64,000 nt of DNA from Bradyrhizobium sp. (GCF_030646015.1 NZ_JAUSLT010000067.1:27484-91483); one strand, 5' to 3'. Shown: positions 18,184 through 28,016, numbered from the stretch's first letter. The notes: generated from the letters alone by a model not told the origin. Numbers and translations are program-made.

Positions 18184-19375
18184 GCCCCGATCGCCACAGG
18201 CGCTCGCAGGCGTCGCGAGCGAAATTCGTCCTTTGCGCCGGCTCGAGCCGCGCGAACACGGCGTGGGACAGAATTTCCGATATGCTCCTGTTTCCGTCGG
18301 CCTGCTCCAGCAGCAAGGCTTCCGCTCTCGATATCGGGATCCTCATTTCCCCCTGAGGCGAGGGGCGCGTCAGCATCAATGCGTTGGCATCACCGGCGAG
18401 CCGGGTGCCGGCGCGAATGAACGGGACATACGACAGATAATCATCGGTGTCGAAACGCGTGAGGAAGCGTGCGCTTTGCGGCTTCCTGACGAAAAAATCG
18501 TGCCGGTCGTTCAGCACGGCAAGATTGTCGATGACGGCCCACTGCTCCGCGGCCGGCAGCGCCAAAACCCTGTCCAGCATCTCTCCGCTCAGAAACCGAT
18601 CGGCGCAGTAGAGCGCGTTGTCGTTCCAGCCGAAGAAAACGAGCCCGGCCGTTTCGACAAACGTCATGACCTCCGGTACCGAATAGGCCCGGTCCTGGGG
18701 GTGAAGCAGCATGTCCACGACCCCCGCATCGTCGGCAAGGTCATTGGGAAGTTTGCCGGTCGTCGAGATCAGAGGATGATTCGGCGGGACAAACTTCAAG
18801 AGCTCGCGGGCCATCCTGAGGCCCCCGGCATCCGGACCGGCGCCAAGCCGCCGCAGGGTATCCTGGAGTAAATAGACGCCAGCGCGCCCCGCCGTCCCGT
18901 AAAGCATGATGGCCATGCTTCCCTCGAGATCGAGTACGTCCGCGAGTGCCCGGAGTCCGGCATCCGGATCCGGAAGGTGATGCAGGACGCCGGTGGAAAT
19001 GATCAGGTCAAAGGAGCGATTCAACCTGGCGACGTCGAGCAGGCTCACCTGCCGAAGTTCGAGGTTGCTGAGGCCGTGTCGATCGCGATGGCGGTTGGAG
19101 TGCGCGAGGCTGGCCTCGGAAAGATCGATGCCGACGACCGAACAGTCTGGGTTATTGAGGGCGATCAGAGGCGCCTGCGAAGAGCCGCAACCGGCGCACA
19201 GGATGCGCAGGTCCTGCCGCGGCCGCCCCTCCGGCCACAACTGAACGCCCGCAAATCGGGGGTCGCATGTCAGCGGTCCCCATTGCTTCAGGAATTTCTC
19301 GGCGTCCTCGATTGGCGGCGGATAGCTGTACGCCTCGTACTGCTTCCTGACCGCCTCTGTAACTGTATCTTCCAT
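18155..19375 (-). CDS. class I SAM-dependent methyltransferase with extended C-terminal region (possible RRE-like wHTH)
   Basis: Motif I ILCAGCGSS; VVGIDLS; post-I/II LIISTGVLHHLPDP. About 230 further residues end in IPISRAEALLLEQADGNRSISEILSH...FARDACERLWRSGHVLF. Confidence 0.8.
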   Translation of the reverse strand: MEDTVTEAVRKQYEAYSYPPPIEDAEKFLKQWGPLTCDPRFAGVQLWPEGRPRQDLRILCAGCGSSQAPLIALNNPDCSVVGIDLSEASLAHSNRHRDRHGLSNLELRQVSLLDVARLNRSFDLIISTGVLHHLPDPDAGLRALADVLDLEGSMAIMLYGTAGRAGVYLLQDTLRRLGAGPDAGGLRMARELLKFVPPNHPLISTTGKLPNDLADDAGVVDMLLHPQDRAYSVPEVMTFVETAGLVFFGWNDNALYCADRFLSGEMLDRVLALPAAEQWAVIDNLAVLNDRHDFFVRKPQSARFLTRFDTDDYLSYVPFIRAGTRLAGDANALMLTRPSPQGEMRIPISRAEALLLEQADGNRSISEILSHAVFARLEPAQRTNFARDACERLWRSGHVLFGRRNS

Positions 19376-19409
19376 GAAAAGACTCTAGATCTGCCCGATC
19401 CAGCCCGCA

Positions 19410-19510
19410 ATGGTCGCGGAGAACTTCGACGCGAATCTGAAATGCGTTCGTGTTCATGAGGGCGGGTACTCCGACGATAAGGACGGCCGCGGCGGCGACC
19501 ATACGCCGGT
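19410..19510 (+). pseudogene. remnant of a GH108-type phage lysozyme N-terminus
   Basis: NFDANLKCVRVHEGGYSDDKDGRGGDHT resembles the conserved GH108 N-terminal HEGGY..d..D.GG.T block. Similarity is lost after about 35 codons. Confidence 0.3.
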
Positions 19511-19868
19511 GGCGGCGAGCCAGCCTGAATTTCAGCTTGACGGGCGGTTCGCCTTTTCGAGGAGTGTGGCCCACGTGAACCACCACGTACGGTGTAACGC
19601 TTGATGCCAATTCGACTGTGGGCCCGCGCTTGATTCGCGTGGTCGCTTCAGAGAGCGCCAGCGCCTGGAGTCGGCGGTTGCATCAATGTTCATTTCAATT
19701 TCAGCGATCAGTTCAAGCCCTGATTTCCGTACTTCTACGGTCCGTTGCGAGCCGCCCACCCATCAGCGTTAGCGAAGTGTAAAAGTTGATCGATTAAATT
19801 TGCCTAATAGATGGGCATTGCCGATTCGACGTAGATCCGACGAATCCCAAAATGATCAGGAAATAATC

Positions 19869-21839
19869 ATGAGCGGCTTTTCCGTTCGTCTCACCCACAA
19901 GATCATGGCGATAGGCATCGTCGGGTTGCTCGGGCTTCTCGCATTCGGGGCGATCTATCAGATTGGAAACGGGTTGCAGGATGGCTCGCGGATTGTCGCT
20001 GACGAAGGCCGCGCCATCTCCAGCCTGAACAAGCAGATTTCGATCAAGATGCTGGAAGCGCGCAGGGCCGAGAAGGATTTCCAGCTCCGTCGCCAAGAGT
20101 CCTACTTGAAGCGTCATTCGGAATTGTCTGCCGGAATACAACGCGACATCGACAAATTGAAATCCATGGTGCAATCTGGCGACTTCAACGTCATCCTGCA
20201 AAAGGTCGAGATCGCGCAGCGCGGCTTCGCAAACTACGTAAAGAACTTTGCAGGTTTGGCGCAAGCCGAGGTCAAGCTTGGCTTGAACGAGAAGCTCGGC
20301 CTGACCGGTTCGCTGCGCGGCGCCGTTCACGACATCGAAGCCAAGCTCAAGGAAATCGATAATCCGCGGCTGACCAGTTCGATGCTGATGTTGCGGCGGC
20401 ATGAGAAAGATTTCATGTTGCGGCGCGACGAGAAATATGTCGGTCAACTGAAGAAAACCGCCGGGGAGTTCTCAAAGTTGCTGGCAAGCGCCGACATTCA
20501 GCCGGCGCTGAAGTCCGACATCGCCGGGAAGCTGGAAAAATATCAGGCGGATTTCTCTGCCTGGGCCACCGTCGCGCTGGAAGTCGCGAACTATGGCGCC
20601 GCGGTGTCGAAGACGTTTCACGACATCGAGCCTGTGATCGCCGAGGTCGAGAAAGATGTCGAGCAGCTGTACACTGCGGCTGAAGCCCATGAGGCGGCGA
20701 CGCGCAGCTCGGTCGCCATGTGGATGGTGATCGCGTTCGCCCTGGCGGTCGTCCTGGTGATTGGACTTTCGCTATTGATTGGACGGTCGATCTCGAAGGC
20801 ACTCGCTTCGATGGTCTCGGCGATGACCCGGCTTGCGAAAGGCGACCTCAGGATCGCGATTCCGGGCCTCGGCCGCCGGGACGAGATCGGCGAAATGGCC
20901 GGCGCGGTCGAAGTGTTCAAGAACAGCATGACCGAGGCGGAGCGGCTGCGCGCCGAACAGCGTGAGACCGAGCAACGGCAGCTGGAACAGCGCAAGGCCG
21001 ACATGCGCGAGCTTGCCGACGCTTTCGAAGGCGCGGTGGGCGAGATCGTCGAGACGGTGTCTTCGGCTGCGACCGAACTCGAAGCTTCCGCCGATACGCT
21101 GACGAGGGCCGCCGAGCGATCGCAGAACCTTGCCACCGTGGTCGCCGCGGCTTCCGAAGAAGCATCCACCAATGTGCAATCGGTTTCCGCAGCCAGCGAG
21201 GAACTGACCGCGTCGGTGAACGAGATCAGCCGGCAGGTCCAGGAATCATCCCGGGTCGCCAGTGAAGCGGTCGATCAGGCGCAGGAAACCAATAACCGCG
21301 TCAGCGCACTGTCGCTGGCCGCCAGTCGTATCGGCGACGTGGTCGAATTGATCAACACCATCGCCGGACAGACCAATCTGCTGGCGTTGAACGCGACCAT
21401 CGAAGCGGCGCGCGCCGGCGAGGCCGGTCGCGGCTTTGCCGTGGTGGCGTCGGAAGTGAAGGCGCTCGCCGAACAGACGGCGAAAGCGACCGGCGAAATC
21501 AGCCAGCAGATACAGGGCATTCAGGCCGCCACCCAGGATTCGGTGGGGGCCATCAAGGAGATCGGCAACACCATCGGCCGCATGTCGGAGATCTCCTCGA
21601 CCATTGCCTCGTCGGTTGAGGAGCAGGGCGCTGCGACGCAGGAAATATCGCGCAACATCCAGCACGCAGCAGAGGGCACGCAGCAGGTTTCCTCGAACAT
21701 TGCCGAAGTGCAGCACGGCGCGACCGAGACCGGTTCGGCCTCCGCACAGGTTCATTCCGCGGCGAAATCGCTGTCAAGCGAAAGCAACCGACTCAAGCTC
21801 GAGGTCGGAAAATTTCTCAATTCAGTCAGGGCCGCCTGA
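19869..21839 (+). CDS. methyl-accepting chemotaxis protein
   Basis: Internal ATG at 19869. TM1, a periplasmic helical sensor, TM2 and a HAMP domain. Highly conserved signalling hairpin ([44 protein letters not shown]). Confidence 0.9.
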   Translation: MSGFSVRLTHKIMAIGIVGLLGLLAFGAIYQIGNGLQDGSRIVADEGRAISSLNKQISIKMLEARRAEKDFQLRRQESYLKRHSELSAGIQRDIDKLKSMVQSGDFNVILQKVEIAQRGFANYVKNFAGLAQAEVKLGLNEKLGLTGSLRGAVHDIEAKLKEIDNPRLTSSMLMLRRHEKDFMLRRDEKYVGQLKKTAGEFSKLLASADIQPALKSDIAGKLEKYQADFSAWATVALEVANYGAAVSKTFHDIEPVIAEVEKDVEQLYTAAEAHEAATRSSVAMWMVIAFALAVVLVIGLSLLIGRSISKALASMVSAMTRLAKGDLRIAIPGLGRRDEIGEMAGAVEVFKNSMTEAERLRAEQRETEQRQLEQRKADMRELADAFEGAVGEIVETVSSAATELEASADTLTRAAERSQNLATVVAAASEEASTNVQSVSAASEELTASVNEISRQVQESSRVASEAVDQAQETNNRVSALSLAASRIGDVVELINTIAGQTNLLALNATIEAARAGEAGRGFAVVASEVKALAEQTAKATGEISQQIQGIQAATQDSVGAIKEIGNTIGRMSEISSTIASSVEEQGAATQEISRNIQHAAEGTQQVSSNIAEVQHGATETGSASAQVHSAAKSLSSESNRLKLEVGKFLNSVRAA

Positions 21840-21842
21840 CCT

Positions 21843-22691
21843 CTACCCCATCACCTTGACGAGGTCTCCAATCGATTGAGCGCTCTGGGCTTCCGGGTCG
21901 TGCAGCGAAAAGGCCGGGCCATCGTAGAGAAACGAGCATTGGTGGATGACGATGTTTCCATCGCCCACGGTCGCCAGGGAATAGTCCGGCGCCTCGTGCG
22001 TGCCTGGAATATGGCCCTCGGTTTCGAAATCGAAGGCGACCTGATGGGTCAGCGCGCGCTGGATATGGAAGGGTATGCCACGCCAGGTTCCGGCGATCGG
22101 GCGGTGCAGGTGGCCCATGAACATGTAATCGGGTTTTCGCGTGCGGGCGATGATATCCCATTCGGCCTCGCCGTTGGCGAGCTTGATGGTGTCCATGTAG
22201 CGCAGGCCGCTGTCGAACGGCGGATGATGCTGGAACAGCAATAGCGGCCGGTCGGCCGGCGCGGAGCCAAGCGCTTGTTCCAGAAAATGCAACCGCGCTT
22301 CGCACAGGACGCCGGCATGGTCAGGCGTCTCTTCGTTCAGCGTGTCCAGCGTGACGACGGTCGCGGCATCGAAGACGTGCACGCCCTGAACGAAGCCGTC
22401 GGCATCACGGTCGGCCCCGGCAAATTCGCTCCGGAACGCATCGCGTTTGTCGTGGTTCCCCATCATGAGAATGGTGGGGGCGTCGAGTCCGGCCAGCACG
22501 CCGGCGAGACTGGCATAGGCCGCCCGTTCGCCCCAATGGGCGAGATCGCCTGACACGATGACGAAGGAGATGTCCTTGTGCGTCGCGTTGATCTTCTCGA
22601 CGGCGACCGCGAGGCGCTCTGCCGGATCGAGCCCGTACAGCTTCCGGCCGCGTGGCACGAAATGGGTGTCGGTCAGAATTACGAATTTCAT
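21843..22691 (-). CDS. metallophosphoesterase (GpdQ/CpdA-like phosphodiesterase)
   Basis: Internal ATG at 22691 overlaps the upstream stop (ATGA). Motifs DTHF, SGDLAHWG, GNHD and GHLH. Confidence 0.8.
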   Translation of the reverse strand: MKFVILTDTHFVPRGRKLYGLDPAERLAVAVEKINATHKDISFVIVSGDLAHWGERAAYASLAGVLAGLDAPTILMMGNHDKRDAFRSEFAGADRDADGFVQGVHVFDAATVVTLDTLNEETPDHAGVLCEARLHFLEQALGSAPADRPLLLFQHHPPFDSGLRYMDTIKLANGEAEWDIIARTRKPDYMFMGHLHRPIAGTWRGIPFHIQRALTHQVAFDFETEGHIPGTHEAPDYSLATVGDGNIVIHQCSFLYDGPAFSLHDPEAQSAQSIGDLVKVMG

Positions 22692-23512
22692 CGCTGCATG
22701 GTCTCCCGGTCCCACATGGCAAAATCCGGCGAGCCCTCGGTCCGGATCGCGCCCTGATAGCCAAACTCCACCATGTGCACGGTGACGTAGTCCGGGCCGA
22801 CGAACGCCACGCCATAGGATTCCGGCAGATCGGACGCGCTCAGCATCAGCTTCTCCGAAAACAGCGGGTAGCTGGCATGGTTGGTACCGCGCAGCGAGGT
22901 CGCGGGGACGCCGGCGACCGAACCGCCGAGCGGCAGATGACAATGGCCGAAGAAGATATGGCGGATCTTGTCGCGATGCCGCCCGACGATCTGGCGGAAT
23001 GCCGCGTCGTCCAGCAGCCGGATCTGGTCCATCGGGCCGAGATGGGTCGGCATCGGATTATGATGCATGAACAGCAGGTGCGGACCGTCATGTTCGAACA
23101 GCTGTTGCTCCAGCCAGTCCTGCCGCCGCGCGCAATAGCGGCCGGCATGGGTCCGCGGTTCGGTGGTGTCGAGAAACAGGCAGCGACCGGCTGCGGTGTC
23201 GTGAAAACCCTGCGCGAAACCGTCGGACTCGGCGTATTCGGGGAATACGCCGAGGAACGCCGCGCGATTGTCGTGATTGCCGATGCAAAGACGAACCGGA
23301 AGCGGAAAGTTGTCCAGCCGGCTCCGCAGCCATTCATAGTCCGCCCGGTCGCCCCAATCGGAGAGATCGCCTGTTATTACCATCAGTTCGGCGTCGCTGT
23401 GGTCGGCCAGGACGTGCCCGAGCGCGCGCTCGAAATTATGGCGGGGATCGCGGCCGCCGATGGTGCCGCCGGGAGCGGTCAGATGGATGTCGCTCATATG
23501 GATGAGTTTCAT
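22688..23512 (-). CDS. metallophosphoesterase (GpdQ/CpdA-like phosphodiesterase), paralogue
   Basis: Motifs SDIHL, TGDLSDWG, GNHDN and GHCH. Confidence 0.8.
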   Translation of the reverse strand: MKLIHMSDIHLTAPGGTIGGRDPRHNFERALGHVLADHSDAELMVITGDLSDWGDRADYEWLRSRLDNFPLPVRLCIGNHDNRAAFLGVFPEYAESDGFAQGFHDTAAGRCLFLDTTEPRTHAGRYCARRQDWLEQQLFEHDGPHLLFMHHNPMPTHLGPMDQIRLLDDAAFRQIVGRHRDKIRHIFFGHCHLPLGGSVAGVPATSLRGTNHASYPLFSEKLMLSASDLPESYGVAFVGPDYVTVHMVEFGYQGAIRTEGSPDFAMWDRETMQR

Positions 23513-23534
23513 GGTGAACCTCGCTGGTATGAGA

Positions 23535-23558
23535 AGCGGGGCGCCGTGGCGCCCCGCT
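23535..23558 (-). other. intercistronic GC hairpin after the solute-binding-protein gene
   Basis: AGCGGGGCGCC-GT-GGCGCCCCGCT, a perfect 11-bp stem, between the SBP stop and the phosphodiesterase start. Confidence 0.45.
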
Positions 23559-23590
23559 GGGTTGGGTAAGACGAGCTTGATGTCTTGAAA

Positions 23591-24886
23591 TCAGCGCGCC
23601 GAGCCGACCGATTTCGGCAGCAGCTTCTGCACGTCGGAGGCCATGTCGGCGAGAACAGCATCCGGCTCCTTGGTGCGCGTTCCCGAAATGATCGTGTTGA
23701 GATGATCCTTGATGACGTCGGTAATCTTCAGGCCATTGTCACCGGGAAACGCGTACCACTTGGTCAACAGCGGCAGCTGCTTGACCGCGGTGTAGTTGTT
23801 CGGGTTCTTGACGTAGAAATCCTTCAGGTAGACTTCGTTGGTGACCTTGTTGGGCGGCATATAGCCGGTGGTTTCCGCCATGATCGCCGCACCCTTCGGA
23901 CCGGTCCAGAATTTGACGACTTCCCAGGAGGCGTCGCGCTTGGCCTTGTCCTTGGCGAGGATCATCACGACGTTACCGCCCGCGGGTAGCCGGCCCTTGC
24001 TGGCGACGACATCGGGGAAGGTGTGGGTCTTCAGCTTGAACTTGTCGCCTACCATCTGCGTCACCTTGTTCAGATCCGAGGTCGAGGTGACGTGGATGCC
24101 GGTCTTGCCGGCGGCGAATGCCGCACGCATCGCCGGCTGATCGAGGTTGGGCATGCCGCCGTCGCTGACGAGGCGGCCGAGCGTCCGGATGGCGAACTGG
24201 CCTTCCGGTCCGTCGAACGCCACCTTGGTCTCGTCGGCGTTCAGCATCGTGCCGCCGCGCGAAAACACAGGTGCCTGCCAGAGCCAATTGCCGGTGATGT
24301 CCCAGGCGTAAGTGATGCCGTTGACGTCGGGCGCGCTGGCCTTGATCTTTTTGGCAAGGTCGATGATGCCGTCCCACGTCACCGGCAGATTTTCCGGATC
24401 TGCGCCGGCCTTCTTGGCGAGGTCGAGGTTGACATAGACGATCGGCAACGAGATCGCGAACGGCAGCGCGTAAACCTTGCCGCTGGAAGTGCCGATATCG
24501 AACATCGCCTGGTGGAAGCCCTGCTTGTCGAAATCCTTTTCCGCGGCGATGTAGCCATCGAGCGGCGCCGGGATGTTCTTGTCGACGAGGACGCGGATGC
24601 GGTTGAGGCCCTGGAAGCTGACGTCGGGCATCTGGCTGGTGACGGCTTCACGCAGTACGCGCTGGGTGCCGTCCTCATAGGATTCATAGGGCGCACGCAT
24701 CGACACCTTGATGTCGGGACGAACCTTGGCGAACTCTTCGGCGATCTTCTTGTGGGTTTCGGTGAACAGCTCCGGGTAGGGATATTGCAGCACCACTTCG
24801 GTCTGGCTCTGGGCTTGAGCTTGGGCCTGGGCGCCGGCGACGCCGGCAAGCACGGCCAGTGTAGCGACAGTCAGTCTTTTCAACAT
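23591..24886 (-). CDS. ABC transporter substrate-binding protein (family 1, UgpB-like)
   Basis: Signal peptide plus a 431-aa extracellular solute-binding fold. Operon context with UgpAEC-like genes. Confidence 0.8.
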   Translation of the reverse strand: MLKRLTVATLAVLAGVAGAQAQAQAQSQTEVVLQYPYPELFTETHKKIAEEFAKVRPDIKVSMRAPYESYEDGTQRVLREAVTSQMPDVSFQGLNRIRVLVDKNIPAPLDGYIAAEKDFDKQGFHQAMFDIGTSSGKVYALPFAISLPIVYVNLDLAKKAGADPENLPVTWDGIIDLAKKIKASAPDVNGITYAWDITGNWLWQAPVFSRGGTMLNADETKVAFDGPEGQFAIRTLGRLVSDGGMPNLDQPAMRAAFAAGKTGIHVTSTSDLNKVTQMVGDKFKLKTHTFPDVVASKGRLPAGGNVVMILAKDKAKRDASWEVVKFWTGPKGAAIMAETTGYMPPNKVTNEVYLKDFYVKNPNNYTAVKQLPLLTKWYAFPGDNGLKITDVIKDHLNTIISGTRTKEPDAVLADMASDVQKLLPKSVGSAR

Positions 24887-24919
24887 CGATAGCTCCTTCG
24901 TTACGATTGCACCTGTGGT

Positions 24920-25756
24920 CTATTTGATACCGGTCAGCGTGATGCCTTCGATGAACCGGCGTTGCGCGAGCAGGAACGCGACGACGAGCGGCGCGATGAT
25001 GACGATGGCGGCAGCCATCAGCGGGCCGTAATTGGTGCCGGCTTCCTCGTTGCGGAAGCTGGCGACGCCGAGCGGCGGGGTACGCAGGTGCTCGCTGTTG
25101 AGCACGATCAGCGGCCAGAAATAGTCGTTCCAGTGCGCCACCACCGAGAAGATGCCGAAGGCGGTCAGGGCCGGGATCGCGGTCGGCAGCATCACGCGCC
25201 AGACGATGCCGAACTCGGAAATCCCGTCCATGCGGGCGGCCTCGATCAGGTCGTCCGGCACGGTCTTGAAGAACTGCCGCATCAGGAAAATGCCGAACGC
25301 CGAGATCGTGAACGGCACGATCAGCGCGGCATAGCTGTCGAGGATTCCGAACTGGTGAAACAGCAGGAACACCGGGATCGCGGTGGCCTGCGGCGGAATC
25401 AGGATACAGAACAGCACCAGCGCAAACAGCACCTCGCGGCCGGCGAACCGCAGCTTGGCGAGCGCGTAGGCGGCGGGCAGCGCGATCAGCACCTGCAGGA
25501 CGAAGATCGACACCGTGACCACGACGCCGTTGAGCAGGAACCGCCAGAGGTTGGCCTTGCCGAAGGCGGTCGCAAAATTGTCCCACAGCGCAAAGCTGTG
25601 CGGGATGAAGTGAATGCTTTTTGTGAAGATCTCGGTCTGTGGTTTCGACGCCGTCGAGATCATCCAGACAAACGGCAGCAGAATGAACGCGGCCCCGGCC
25701 AGCAGCAGCGAATGCCGGGCAACGGACCAGACGATGGCACGAGGGCGCGGCGTCAT
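24920..25756 (-). CDS. carbohydrate/glycerophosphodiester ABC transporter permease (UgpE-like)
   Basis: 6 TM helices and an EAA loop (IEAARMDGISEFGIVWRVMLP). Confidence 0.85.
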   Translation of the reverse strand: MTPRPRAIVWSVARHSLLLAGAAFILLPFVWMISTASKPQTEIFTKSIHFIPHSFALWDNFATAFGKANLWRFLLNGVVVTVSIFVLQVLIALPAAYALAKLRFAGREVLFALVLFCILIPPQATAIPVFLLFHQFGILDSYAALIVPFTISAFGIFLMRQFFKTVPDDLIEAARMDGISEFGIVWRVMLPTAIPALTAFGIFSVVAHWNDYFWPLIVLNSEHLRTPPLGVASFRNEEAGTNYGPLMAAAIVIIAPLVVAFLLAQRRFIEGITLTGIK

Positions 25757-26595
25757 ACGTAATGCACTCCGCGGTTCGCCAGCGCCGATTTGACCAGCGT
25801 TAGCAGCAGCACGAATACCAGGAACACCACGGTCAGGGCCGCGCCATAGCCGGAGCGGAAAAATTCGAACCCCTCGACATACATGGTGTGGATGAGGACC
25901 TCGGAGGATTTCGAGGGGCCACCCTTGGTCAGGACGTGGACGGTATCGAACACCTGAAACGAGCGGATCCCGGTGATGACGACCACGAACACGGTGGTCG
26001 GTCCCAGCATCGGCCAGGTCACCAGCCGGAACCGGGCCCAGGCGCCGTGCGCGCCGTCGATCTCGGCGGCGTCGTAGAGCTGCCGGGGGATCGAGACGAG
26101 GCCGGCGAGAAACAGCACCATGTTGAAGCCGAGCGCCTGCCAGACTCCGATCACACAGAGCGCATACAGCGCGGTACGGCGGTCCTGCAGCCAGCTAAAA
26201 CCCTCGAACCCGATGCCGTGCAGCAGCCCGTTGATCAGCCCGAACTGCGGATGCAGCATGAATTCCCAGACGATCGACATCGCAATCAGCGTCGCCATCA
26301 CAGGCAGGAAATAGATGGTGCGGTACCATGCCCGGAAGCTGCCGCCACTTTCGATCAGAAGCGCCACGGCGAGTCCCAGCGCTACCGCCGCGGGCACCAC
26401 GATCGCGACATAGGTCAGCGTGTTGCGCAGCGAGAGCCAAAATACCCGGTCGCCAAACATGTCCTGATAGTTCGCAAGGCCAATCCAGGAGAATTGCGGG
26501 CTTCCGAGCTGGTAGTCGGTAAACGACAGCGCGATGACGCCGAGCAGCGGCCCGAGCAGCAGCAAACACATCAGGGTGAAAGCAGGCGCCACCAT
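25753..26595 (-). CDS. ABC transporter permease (UgpA-like); start uncertain
   Basis: EAA loop YDAAEIDGAHGAWARFRLVTWPML. ATG at 26595 (MVAPAFTLMCLLLLGP). The longer track ORF overlaps the ATPase gene. Confidence 0.8.
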   Translation of the reverse strand: MVAPAFTLMCLLLLGPLLGVIALSFTDYQLGSPQFSWIGLANYQDMFGDRVFWLSLRNTLTYVAIVVPAAVALGLAVALLIESGGSFRAWYRTIYFLPVMATLIAMSIVWEFMLHPQFGLINGLLHGIGFEGFSWLQDRRTALYALCVIGVWQALGFNMVLFLAGLVSIPRQLYDAAEIDGAHGAWARFRLVTWPMLGPTTVFVVVITGIRSFQVFDTVHVLTKGGPSKSSEVLIHTMYVEGFEFFRSGYGAALTVVFLVFVLLLTLVKSALANRGVHYV

Positions 26596-26692
26596 GGCCA
26601 GCGCAGGACGTGTACGATTGGGGCTCCGAACCTGCGATGGCGTGGCTGGGGCTACGTGGCGTTCGGCAGGTATCGCAACAGCGGCGAGGGCG

Positions 26693-27853
26693 TCAGCCAA
26701 GGGCTTTCTCCCGCACGCGCTCGCTGCGAGCCGGCGCCGTGACGTCAATGCGTTTGCCGGCGGCGTCGAATATCCTGACGGCGTTGGCGGAAAAGCCGAG
26801 GTGGATGGCGCTGCCGATCTCCGGCAGTTGCTGGTCGGGGCTGACACGCGCGAGCAAGGGCAGGTCGATACGATCGACCTTGACGTGAATGAATGCCTCC
26901 GCGCCGAGATGCTCGAGATGCGTCACGATGCCGGCAATGGCGCCCGGGCCGTGACCGAGCTCCATGCGCTCCGGTCGCACGCAGACCGTACAGCGGCCCG
27001 CCGCCGCTGTGGTATTGAGGCGAAGCTGCCGTCCCAGCACCTCCAGGCCGCGGTCCTCGCGGATGACCCCGGGCATGGCGTTGATCTTGGGACTGCCGAC
27101 GAATTCCGCGACCCGGATGTCCCGCGGATTCTCGTAGACTTCGGCAGGGGTGCCGATCTGGACGATGTTGCCCTCGATCATGACGGCGATGCGGCTCGAC
27201 ATCGTCATCGCCTCGGCCTGGTCGTGGGTGACGTAGACAAAAGTGGCCTTCAGCTGGCGATGCAACTGGGCCAGCTCGGCGCGCATATGCACCCGCAGCT
27301 TGGCATCGAGATTCGACAGGGGTTCGTCGAACAGAAAGCCGACGGGTTGGCGCACGATGGCGCGGCCGACCGCGACGCGCTGGCGCTGGCCGCCGGAGAG
27401 TTGTCCCGGCTTGCGCTTGAGCAACGCGGAGAGTTCGAGCTGGGCGGCAACGCGCTCGACGTCTTCCCGGATGCCGTGTTCGGTGCGGGCGCGTCCCGGG
27501 AGCAACCGGCCAACCAGGGGCATGCGTGCAAGTGCGGAATGCCGTCGCATCCGCAGCGGCACCGCAATATTGTCGAACACGGTCAGGTGCGGATACAGCG
27601 CATAGGACTGAAACACCATCGCGAGGTTGCGGGCGCTGGGCCTGATGCCGTCGACCTGGACGCCGTCGATGCGAACCTCGCCGGAACTCTGGGGTTCCAG
27701 GCCCGCAATGATGCGCAGCAATGTCGATTTGCCGCAGCCCGAGGGGCCGATCAGCGCGATGAACTCGCCGTCTTCGATCGCCAGGTCAATTCCCTTTAGA
27801 ATTGCCGTCTGGTCGAAGGTCTTGCGGATCCCGTTCAGTTCGATCTTCGCCAT
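26693..27853 (-). CDS. ABC transporter ATP-binding protein (UgpC/MalK-like)
   Basis: Internal ATG at 27853 (MAKIELNGIRKTF). Walker A GPSGCGKST, signature LSGGQRQR, Walker B FLFDEPLSNLD and a C-terminal TOBE-like domain. Confidence 0.9.
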   Translation of the reverse strand: MAKIELNGIRKTFDQTAILKGIDLAIEDGEFIALIGPSGCGKSTLLRIIAGLEPQSSGEVRIDGVQVDGIRPSARNLAMVFQSYALYPHLTVFDNIAVPLRMRRHSALARMPLVGRLLPGRARTEHGIREDVERVAAQLELSALLKRKPGQLSGGQRQRVAVGRAIVRQPVGFLFDEPLSNLDAKLRVHMRAELAQLHRQLKATFVYVTHDQAEAMTMSSRIAVMIEGNIVQIGTPAEVYENPRDIRVAEFVGSPKINAMPGVIREDRGLEVLGRQLRLNTTAAAGRCTVCVRPERMELGHGPGAIAGIVTHLEHLGAEAFIHVKVDRIDLPLLARVSPDQQLPEIGSAIHLGFSANAVRIFDAAGKRIDVTAPARSERVREKALG

Positions 27854-27906
27854 TTCGCCGGTGTCCCCACTGCAATGCAGCAATGAACGTTGATTAGGGG
27901 CGGCGC

Positions 27907-27924
27907 TTGACAGTCACATAACAG
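27907..27924 (-). promoter_or_regulatory. Pho-box-like site upstream of the ugp-like operon
   Basis: The minus strand reads CTGTTAT-GTGA-CTGTCAA: two 7-bp direct repeats with a 4-bp spacer, 54-71 nt upstream of the ATG at 27853. Confidence 0.5.
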
Positions 27925-28016
27925 TCAAAGGATTTCCCTATCCACAACACAGGATTTTCCTTCTGGGGCACTCCCGCGCGATCCGGGATTTGTTCGGAGT
28001 TAGAGGTTGATTTGAA

